A stretch of 59,847 bases of DNA, counting the filler. It is 6 parts of 6 records of this genome, joined end to end, with 100 filler letters (N's around TTAATTAATTAA, not from the genome) between each part and the next. Parts side by side here need not be neighbours in the genome. Positions count along the whole stretch, not along the records: positions 43,554 to 59,847 come from DRR723986_20586; 5 more parts are not named here. The stretch is one strand, 5' to 3'. This document shows positions 52,961 to 59,847 of this stretch, piece after piece. A model generated the notes under the pieces. That model was not told the DNA's origin. It did no database searches and was given only the letters and a program-made list of their open reading frames with translations. Numbering within the stretch: position 1 is the stretch's first letter; each line of letters opens with the position of its first letter. The translations under genes and the position numbers were made by a program.

Positions 52961-54400
52961 TTGGCAGCGGTTAAAGTTTTTATTTCTTATAGTTGGTCTA
53001 CCCCTGAACATGAAGATTGGGTGCTTCGCCTTGCTACTGAACTTCGGGAATCAGGCGTCGATGCGATCTTGGACAAATGGGACCTTAAAGAAGGACATGA
53101 AGCCAACGCATTTATGGAGAAGATGGTTTCCGATCCAGGTATTTCCAAAGTCGTGATCATTTCGGATCGTGCCTATTCAGAGAAATCGAACAAGCGAACC
53201 GGTGGAGCCGGAACAGAAGCTCAGATCATTTCTTCTGAGATCTTCGCAAAAGAAGATCAGAACAAATTTGTAGTTGCCGCCACTGAACTGGATGACACAG
53301 GCAAGCCGTGCTTGCCGACGTATTATACATCGCGCATCTTCATAGATTTCACTGATGATAGTGGGTTCGCGGGCAGCTTTGAGCAGCTTCTTAGGTGGAT
53401 CGCGGACAAACCCATCCACAAGAAGCCTGAGCTTGGCACCCTTCCCAAATACATATCTGAACCTGAGGATGCTGTTGTTTTAGCTACTAGCGCAGCCAAA
53501 CGTCGCGCCATGGATGGCCTGACGAACTCAAAGCCCTTCGCTTATCCCGCTAGCAAGGAATATTTTGAACTTTTTAGTCGCGAGCTTGAAAAATTTCGGT
53601 TTGCGCAAAAAATCTCACCAGAGAGTGAGGGGTTTTTAGAGAATTTCCAGTCATTTGCCCCATATCGAGACGAGTTTATTGAAGTGGTTCGGGCAATCTC
53701 GAACTACACTGATGAAGAAAAATACATAGAACTTATACACAGCTTCTTCGAGCGGTTTCAGACGTATTTCCATCCTCCAAAGGGTGTAATTCAGTATAGA
53801 GAAATTGATTTTGATAACTTTAAGTTTTTTGCCCATGAATTGTTTTTGCATACCGGCGCAACTTTTATCTCGGAGGACCGTTATCACGCGTTCAATCACC
53901 TCGTTGAGACGCCATACTATTCGCCTGCTCGAGCAGATCGCGGGTTAGATCCGATGGAAAACTTTACAGAATTTCGGCACTATTTGAAGTCTTTGGCCTT
54001 CCGCAATCAGAAGTTAAAGCTGAACAGAATTTCCCTTTCTGCCGACATGCTTCACGATCGGTCTGGTGCATCAGGCATCGAGTTTTCGAACTTGATGCAG
54101 GTGGACTTCATATTATTCTTGCGTGCAGGACTTAGTGATCTTGGCGACTATCAAGATTGGTTCCCGGAAACACTCGTGTTCTTAGGTCACAGGCATCGTA
54201 CGTTTGAAATTTTTGAACGTTCGAGGTCTTCGCGGTTTTTCGAACGTATTAGGCCGTTGCTAGGAAATGCCTCTAAAGAGGATCTCGACAAACTCATCGA
54301 AGGTTACAATGCTGATCCACAGTCTGTTCCAAGATGGGAGGGGGCTCGAATTTCTCCCGCCAACCTCATGGGATTCCAAAATCTCTGCTCGCGATCGTAG
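52961..54400 (+). CDS. SEFIR/TIR-domain protein (bSEFIR-like anti-phage candidate)
   Basis: KVFISYSW..EH..WV..LATELRESGVD.ILDKWDLKEG..FME; GG.GTEAQIIS with conserved Glu; TTG start. Confidence 0.85.
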   Translation: MAAVKVFISYSWSTPEHEDWVLRLATELRESGVDAILDKWDLKEGHEANAFMEKMVSDPGISKVVIISDRAYSEKSNKRTGGAGTEAQIISSEIFAKEDQNKFVVAATELDDTGKPCLPTYYTSRIFIDFTDDSGFAGSFEQLLRWIADKPIHKKPELGTLPKYISEPEDAVVLATSAAKRRAMDGLTNSKPFAYPASKEYFELFSRELEKFRFAQKISPESEGFLENFQSFAPYRDEFIEVVRAISNYTDEEKYIELIHSFFERFQTYFHPPKGVIQYREIDFDNFKFFAHELFLHTGATFISEDRYHAFNHLVETPYYSPARADRGLDPMENFTEFRHYLKSLAFRNQKLKLNRISLSADMLHDRSGASGIEFSNLMQVDFILFLRAGLSDLGDYQDWFPETLVFLGHRHRTFEIFERSRSSRFFERIRPLLGNASKEDLDKLIEGYNADPQSVPRWEGARISPANLMGFQNLCSRS

Positions 54401-54447
54401 CGGCCGTCATGCGTTCGTACAGTTGAGAGTGTCGAAAACAATTATGA

Positions 54448-54502
54448 AGCTCTCCGCTAGGGGTATCTAACGTCCATGTCCGCTTAGGGCTGGGAGCCGA
54501 TA
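54448..54502 (-). repeat. Right arm of the composite inverted repeat flanking the SEFIR gene
   Basis: AGCTCTCCGC-N17-CATGTCCGCTTAGGGCTGGGAGCCGATA, the reverse complement of the left arm (10/10 and 23/28). Confidence 0.65.
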
Positions 54503-54644
54503 TTAGGGGCGCTTCGCACGAATGACCGCTTTGGGCCGTTTACGTCGACCAAAACCAGTTTACAGTTTTCATGTAAGCCATTGTTCCCCATGTGAGTGAA
54601 ACGCACACAGTTTACAATTTTTCTCTTTGTTTTCAGCGATGCCT

Positions 54645-54693
54645 GCGGATTGAAAATCCGTGTACACGAGTTCGATTCTCGTACTCGCCTCCA
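54645..54693 (+). other. tRNA 3' fragment (att-site remnant), tRNA-Cys-like body with a GAA anticodon loop
   Basis: GCGGATTGAAAATCCGTGTACACGAGTTCGATTCTCGTACTCGCCTCCA; no D-arm or 5' acceptor strand upstream; U discriminator. Confidence 0.8.
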
Positions 54694-54762
54694 ATCTTTT
54701 CAGTATCTTAGGCATCGCTGCCCCTTTACGGGTATCAGGTTCGCTTTCTCTGCTTGTTCTGT

Positions 54763-55400
54763 TCATCTGCGTTTTGCAGCTGCATGACGCGCCCGCATGA
54801 TTTGCCTTGCTTCACCTACGTACTTGTTGATCATTTTTTTTGCGGTGTGGCCGCTTAAACTGGCAATTTCATCGTCGGCACAACCGGCCCACGCCAGTTC
54901 CATCACACCACGATAGCGAAGAGGGTGTTGATCATATGACATCAACCCTAACCGCTTGCGTTCACGAACCATGACCCGAGCCATGGCGTGGTAGCCCATC
55001 GCAGAGCCGTCAGCCCGCATCAGATCACCCGCCCAATCAGCCCACGGTATCTGGGATTTCTGACGGTTCTTTGGCACTTTGAGCGGGTCCACTTTTGAAA
55101 TGGGTTGTCTGTGCGTCAGCGTTTGCGAATAGCCAACTTAGACAGCGTAGAGACCGCAGCTGGGAGGTAGTTGGCAAAGCGCACACGATGCCGATTTGCA
55201 TCCCTCGCGCCTTACACATCTGCAAGTGTCAGTATAGACACATCAGCATGGCTGATCTTTTCATTGAGGTACTCAAAAACCGGCTCAAGATCCTTTCGAT
55301 AACGAGGGGAGAAATTCGCCCACTTGTCGGTCTCGCGCTTGGCAATAGTCAATACGGCCCCTGTGGCACTCGCCGCTGTTTGGATCGATGTTGGCCCAAA
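54763..55400 (-). pseudogene. Tyrosine integrase remnant (internally broken)
   Basis: C-terminal HPLRY..LAWAGC.D.EIASLSGH..MI.KY catalytic motifs; N-terminal fragment KWANFSPRYRKDLEPVFEYL in a separate ORF. Confidence 0.75.
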
Positions 55401-55578
55401 ACGCGAAAAACGCGACGCTCCGAAACCTTCACCTAGCTGCGAACCAATTCGATGCAGGCGCGACGAAGCCGTACATCCTCTTTCTGAAGCCGCTTCAGTT
55501 CCCTGAGTTGTTCCGTGCCCATTCCGCCGCACCCTCAGCATCTCTCTCTCTCGAACCAATGGTGTTCGATGCCTCGAT

Positions 55579-55772
55579 CTTCCAGCGGTAATAGGTTTGT
55601 TCAGTTACACCGATCTGTCTGATTGCGTCTCTTCTGGGCATCCCTTGCCCCATCAGAACTTCAACCTGTGGTAACTTCACGACAATCTCTTCAGGCTTGA
55701 GCCTCTTCATCGACCTCTATGGTCCTCCAATTTCCAATCATGAGCGCGGACCACTTCAAAGGGGGAGGCTCA
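55579..55772 (-). mobile_element. IS3-family left end and truncated OrfA
   Basis: MKRLKPEEIVVKL.QVEVLMGQG..DAIRQIGVTEQTYYRWK; terminus TGAGCCTCCCCCTTTGAAGTGGTCC. Confidence 0.8.
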
Positions 55773-55774
55773 CA

Positions 55775-56010
55775 AATAACTGCCAACTCCCGTTGTGACA
55801 GTTCCGTTTCCTGTAGCGCCAGTTTGACAACATTGCGCCGAACCTCGCCAGCGATACGGTTCCAGACAGGCTTTGGTTTGGGAGATGCATCCTGCCGGCC
55901 AGCCTCGCCTCGCTGGAGATATCGATCATACCATCGAAAGAATTTGGTGCGAGGGATACCCAGCTTGGCCAGTGTCCAGCGCGCTGACAGAAGGCTTTTT
56001 TCGACAAAGC
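55775..56010 (-). pseudogene. Fragment of a second IS transposase (IS3-like)
   Basis: Manual translation: VEKSLLSARWTLAKLGIPRTKFFRWYDRYLQRGEAG..VWNRIAGEVRRNVVKLALQETELSQRELAV. Confidence 0.7.
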
Positions 56011-56129
56011 GCTGGCGTCAGACACTACTTTAAATTTTGGAGCGCAAGAAACCCCTTAAAAACTTCACGCACCACAAAACACACTGGGCCCCCCCAAGAC
56101 GTGTTTGACTATAACAAAATGGCAGCAGC

Positions 56130-57164
56130 TCACCCGGCCGGGGCAGCCAAAGATTCACGGATCTCAAGCGACGTTTCGATAAGAACTTTGTCCTGACCGT
56201 CTTTCTTACTGACCAAATTGATAAGCATCTTTGCCGCTTCTGTCCCCATGCGGCGGTGCGGCACATGCACGGTCGTAAGAGACGGCGAAGAGATTTTGGA
56301 AATCTCAATATCATCAAAGCCAGTCACCGATAGGTTTTCGGGGACTTTAACGCCCAGTTCCTTTGCCTTGGCTATGGCGCCGACTGCCAGCACGTCGTTG
56401 CCACACATGACGACCGATGGCGGGACGGGTTGAGCCATAAGATGTTCCAGCGCAGCGCCACCTTCGTCGATCCCATACGACGTCTCGACAATTGTAAGGC
56501 TTTCGACAGGTATTCCCGCCTCGCTCATCGCGCCTTGTATCCCCCTCAGACGCTCTCTGGCTCTGTCATTCTCTTGAATGGCCCCCGTGATCATCGCAAT
56601 TTTGCGGTGCCCCATGCTGATCACTTGTTCAGCCATAGACTTCATTGCCGCAAAATTGTCGAACCCAACCGTTGGGATATCGGCAGTTGGATCGAACACC
56701 CAAGCGACAACAACAGGTATGCTCTGACGCCGAAGAAACTCATAAATCTTTGGATCTCGATGGTACCCAATCAGGAACAGCGCATCCGCACCGCGCGACA
56801 CCAGAGTTCTAATTTGTTCCTCTTCAAGATCGGCTTGATACGAGGACGACGCAACCAAAAGTGTCATCCCGCTGCGGCCAAGCTCTTCCTGAAAGGCCTG
56901 AAGCCCCCGTGCGAAGATCGCATTTTCCATCGTGGGAATGATTGCACCGATTGTGTTTGTACGTTTCGCCGCAAGTGCGCGCGCATTGAAATTGGGCGCA
57001 TAACCCAGTTGCCGAACCGCCTCCAGAACCTTGTTGCGCGTTTTTTCGATAACCTGATCGGGTGAATTCAAACAGCGCGACACCGTCGCCGTTGACACGT
57101 TTGCAAGGTGCGCAACGTCGGCAAGGGTGGGAGTTCGCTCCCTGTTTGTATCATCCATTTTCAT
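56130..57164 (-). CDS. hpsR: LacI-family regulator, probable HpsR
   Basis: PTLADVAHLANVSTATVSR HTH, YAPNFNARAL, VTGFDD; divergent from the hpsK-like TRAP operon. Confidence 0.8.
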   Translation of the reverse strand: MKMDDTNRERTPTLADVAHLANVSTATVSRCLNSPDQVIEKTRNKVLEAVRQLGYAPNFNARALAAKRTNTIGAIIPTMENAIFARGLQAFQEELGRSGMTLLVASSSYQADLEEEQIRTLVSRGADALFLIGYHRDPKIYEFLRRQSIPVVVAWVFDPTADIPTVGFDNFAAMKSMAEQVISMGHRKIAMITGAIQENDRARERLRGIQGAMSEAGIPVESLTIVETSYGIDEGGAALEHLMAQPVPPSVVMCGNDVLAVGAIAKAKELGVKVPENLSVTGFDDIEISKISSPSLTTVHVPHRRMGTEAAKMLINLVSKKDGQDKVLIETSLEIRESLAAPAG

Positions 57165-57240
57165 TACAAGGGCTTTATCCTGTTTTCCCAAATACTGCAC
57201 TTCAAATTTTGAAAACCAGACTGCGCCTCCATACACTCAA

Positions 57241-57278
57241 TGTAAGCGCTTGCAATATTCACATGTAAGCGCTTACAT
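57241..57278. promoter_or_regulatory. Tandem LacI operators
   Basis: TGTAAGCGCTTGCA (57241-57254) and perfect palindrome ATGTAAGCGCTTACAT (57263-57278). Confidence 0.85.
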
Positions 57279-57324
57279 TGGTCGAGCGAATCAGGACTTC
57301 GTGCCGTTCCCCTTGGAGATGCCA

Positions 57325-57504
57325 ATGCTTTTACCCCTTGCCTTACTCTTGTTTGCCGTCTTTGGCGCCAATGTTGTTTTGGGATCCATGGGCATGCGTG
57401 GGTTTCTTGGGGATGTGCCTGAAATGCTGACTTTGTTAGCCGCCTCGATCAGTTTCGTGGCGGTCATTTTGCAAAAAGAAGCCGCTGAAAAGAAACAAAA
57501 ATAA
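57325..57504 (+). CDS. Small two-TM membrane protein leading the TRAP operon
   Basis: GGAG RBS; two hydrophobic helices; FLGDVPEML; basic tail. Confidence 0.65.
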   Translation: MLLPLALLLFAVFGANVVLGSMGMRGFLGDVPEMLTLLAASISFVAVILQKEAAEKKQK

Positions 57505-57537
57505 CAGTCGTGCTGATTTGTCCATCGGGAGGAAAAC

Positions 57538-58686
57538 ATGGACCGGAACACCAAAGAGCTTGCGTCATCTACGCGCCGAAATTTTCTGAAACTGGCCAGC
57601 ACCGGCGGCTTTACAGCAGCCTTGGTTGCAGGTGCCGCGGGCACGCTCTGGTCCACAGAGGCAGCGGCCCAGACCAATAAGGAAGAACGCGACCGGGAAA
57701 AGGCCGCAGAGCACATTATGACCTTGGCGACGGCCTATGTATTGGGGGCATCACGTAGCTATCCCATCATGCAGCTGGACCTGAAAGAGAACATTCAGAA
57801 CGCAACCAATGGCAAGGTTTACGTTAAATTGGCCCCCGGCGGTCAACTTGGTGCCGGCGGGGCACTGGTGCAAAAGGTCCAAGGTGGTACGATCCAGGCC
57901 GCGCAGCATTCACTGTCGAATTTCGCGCCCTTTGCCTCGACCGTTGATCTGATCAATATGCCGTATCTCTGCGGTTCAAATCAGCGCTTCACCAACCTCG
58001 TGAATTCAGATCACTGGAAATCCGAAGTACACCCCAAGGTCGAGGCCGCCGGGTTCAAGGCGCTGTTCTATGTCAACATTGATCCACGCGTTGTTGCGGT
58101 ACGCAAAGGTGGCGCCGGTGCGGTGCTTAGCCCATCTGACCTGTCAGGCGTTAAATTCCGCGTCCCCGGGTCGAAGATGCTGCAGCAGTACTACCGCTTG
58201 GTTGGCGCAAACCCGACGCCGGTTGCATGGGGCGAAACCCCATCGGCGATCAAACAGGGGGTGGCCGATGCGCTTGATCCTTCCGTTGGCGCGCTCTTTG
58301 TCTTTGGTTTCAAGGATATCCTGAGCCATGTGACCTTTACGCAGGCCGTCCCTGACAGTCAGGTTTATTCCTGTAACCTAGAGTGGTTCAACAGCCTGCC
58401 TGCAGATGTGCAAGAGGGCGTCATGTGGGGATCTGAAATGACCGCGCACCAGAACCTGTCCAAAGTGCCATCTGCCCGCGCATTCGCGATGTCGGAACTG
58501 GCGAAATCAGGTGTGCAGTTCCACTCGCTCAGCGACGACCAACTGGGCGAATGGCAGGCTGCCGGCGGATATCAGCGCCCAGAATGGGATGAGTTCAAGA
58601 AAGAACTAGCCGGTTCCATGGATGCCTTCTCTAAGCTCGAAGAGGCCGCTGGGACCCAAGGGAAATACTACGTTCACGACGCGTGA
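57538..58686 (+). CDS. hpsK: TRAP substrate-binding protein with Tat signal, probable DHPS-binding HpsK
   Basis: TRRNFLK Tat motif; DctP-type KFRVPGS, PTPVAWGE..IKQGVAD; resembles roseobacter HpsK from memory. Confidence 0.75.
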   Translation: MDRNTKELASSTRRNFLKLASTGGFTAALVAGAAGTLWSTEAAAQTNKEERDREKAAEHIMTLATAYVLGASRSYPIMQLDLKENIQNATNGKVYVKLAPGGQLGAGGALVQKVQGGTIQAAQHSLSNFAPFASTVDLINMPYLCGSNQRFTNLVNSDHWKSEVHPKVEAAGFKALFYVNIDPRVVAVRKGGAGAVLSPSDLSGVKFRVPGSKMLQQYYRLVGANPTPVAWGETPSAIKQGVADALDPSVGALFVFGFKDILSHVTFTQAVPDSQVYSCNLEWFNSLPADVQEGVMWGSEMTAHQNLSKVPSARAFAMSELAKSGVQFHSLSDDQLGEWQAAGGYQRPEWDEFKKELAGSMDAFSKLEEAAGTQGKYYVHDA

Positions 58687-58792
58687 TTGTACGTTTTGAG
58701 AGCCTGAATTCAGGCTCTCAATTTCCCACTTGCATTCAAGCTGGCGCGCCAGGCGACGCTGGCCTTGAATTCCTATGACATCGGGGTAGGCA

Positions 58793-59305
58793 ATGAACTT
58801 CCTTAGACTCATCGACAAAAATGCCGAACGGTGGCTGCTTTTGGTTTTTTACGTGATGCTTGTTGTCACGATGGCCGTCGAAGTGCTGCGGCGAGAGGTC
58901 TTTTCCTTTTCCTCCATCTGGGGGGAAGAGATTGTACGATATTCTTTCATCTACCTCGCGTGGATCGGCGCGGCAGCAGCCGTAAAAGAACGCGCGCACA
59001 TCCGTATCGACGTGTTGTTGCATTATCTCGGGCCCAAGCCCAAAGCGCTGGTTTATATCTTTGGCGACCTTGTGATGTTTGCTGTCGCTTTGGTGGCGCT
59101 GTTCTGGTCGGTCGAAACCGTACTGGTATCGGCAAAATTCGGGTCGGTCACAGATGGTCTGCGCATTTCCAAGGTCTGGTTCCTTGCCGCTGTCCCGGTT
59201 GGCTTTTCGCTCATGATCTTTCGCCTCGTGCAATCCTTCCTGCGTGATTTCCGATCTCTTCGTGACGGCACCCCCGTCTACGAAGGCGACAAACTGTTTG
59301 ATTGA
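58793..59305 (+). CDS. hpsL: TRAP small permease (DctQ), probable HpsL
   Basis: Four TM; WGEEIVRY..AHIRID. Confidence 0.75.
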   Translation: MNFLRLIDKNAERWLLLVFYVMLVVTMAVEVLRREVFSFSSIWGEEIVRYSFIYLAWIGAAAAVKERAHIRIDVLLHYLGPKPKALVYIFGDLVMFAVALVALFWSVETVLVSAKFGSVTDGLRISKVWFLAAVPVGFSLMIFRLVQSFLRDFRSLRDGTPVYEGDKLFD

Positions 59306-59316
59306 AGGACAACACG

Positions 59317-59847
59317 ATGCTTTGGAATAACCTTCAACAGACGGTCGAACTTGGCTGGGATTTTTATCTGCCTGTTCTCCTTTTTGTCGGCCTAATCGCT
59401 ACGGCTGTACCCGTTTGGGCCGCCATCGGCTCTGCCGCCATCCTTATGCTGATCATGTCTGGCGATCTGCCACTCAGCCTTGTGGGGGAAAGCCTGTTTT
59501 CGGGCATTGATGCCTTTGCCTTGACCGCTGTGCCGTTGTTTATCCTGACCGGCGATGTGCTGGTGCGGACGGGTCTGAGCCGCAAATTCCTCAACGTGGC
59601 TGAGGCTCTAACCTGCTGGGCCAAAGGCGGATTTGGATCTGCAACGGTTTTGGTCTGCGGGATGTTCGCCGCAATTTCGGGCTCTGACGCGGCTGGTGCT
59701 GCTGCGGTTGGGCGTATGACCATCGACCGGCTGGTCGAAAGCGGTTACCCCCGTCCCTATGCCTGCGCCTTGGTGGCTGCGGGCGCCTGTACCGGCATCC
59801 TGATCCCACCGTCGATTGCCTATATCATCATCGGTCTTGTCCTTGGC
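59317..59847 (+). CDS. hpsM: TRAP large permease (DctM), probable HpsM, 3'-truncated
   Basis: Manual translation: LTAVPLFILTG, FAAISGS, GILIPPSI. Confidence 0.8.
   Translation, partial: MLWNNLQQTVELGWDFYLPVLLFVGLIATAVPVWAAIGSAAILMLIMSGDLPLSLVGESLFSGIDAFALTAVPLFILTGDVLVRTGLSRKFLNVAEALTCWAKGGFGSATVLVCGMFAAISGSDAAGAAAVGRMTIDRLVESGYPRPYACALVAAGACTGILIPPSIAYIIIGLVLG

Larger units (their letters stand above)
43554..54693. mobile_element. Integrated, decaying mobilizable plasmid-like island (Rep, KfrA, MOBQ relaxase, oriT, MobC, defence-like cargo); left end not in the contig
   Basis: Plasmid backbone genes on the same contig as chromosomal-type hps genes; cargo is visibly more AT-rich; right end marked by a tRNA 3' fragment. 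Confidence 0.7.

Noticed and set aside
54645-54693. Functional tRNA-Phe gene
   Set aside because: The 5' acceptor strand and D-arm are absent and the 3' half is Cys-like; treated as an att remnant.

Overview
This window is not one genome segment. It is six unrelated contigs joined by 100-nt N/TTAATTAATTAA linkers, so adjacency across linkers means nothing. (1) 1-6028: part of a spliced, GC-rich eukaryotic (protist-like) gene for a very large extracellular mosaic protein (PAN/apple, WSC, discoidin, bacterial-type Ig, LamG). (2) 6129-12291: Rhodobacteraceae-type Tad/Flp pilus locus. (3) 12392-17590: gammaproteobacterial rpmI-rplT-pheS-pheT-ihfA-MerR-tRNA-Pro, with two inverted copies of a structured repeat between rplT and pheS. 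(4) 17691-26335: alphaproteobacterial (Roseibium-like) murA-hisD-infA-maf-yacG-tRNA-Phe housekeeping region. (5) 26436-43453: AT-rich FCB-group contig. It has a duplicated module of [three boxes at 21-bp period -> small acidic protein -> LytTR regulator] feeding a propeller/Y_Y_Y sensor kinase, plus a Zn protease, two peptidoglycan hydrolases, bshB1, a probable oriC and serS. (6) 43554-59847: Rhodobacteraceae contig with a decaying integrated MOBQ plasmid-like element (Rep, KfrA, frameshifted MobA, oriT, MobC). Its cargo is a candidate two-gene PLD-nuclease defence system and a SEFIR/TIR gene bracketed by inverted repeats. A tRNA-Cys-like att remnant, integrase and IS3 relics and the hpsR-hpsKLM DHPS uptake locus follow. 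The best novelty candidates are the LytTR/small-protein module, the 'DPLG protein + double-HKD PLD' pair and the repeat-bounded SEFIR cassette. All family assignments are from motif recognition; no database searches were run.
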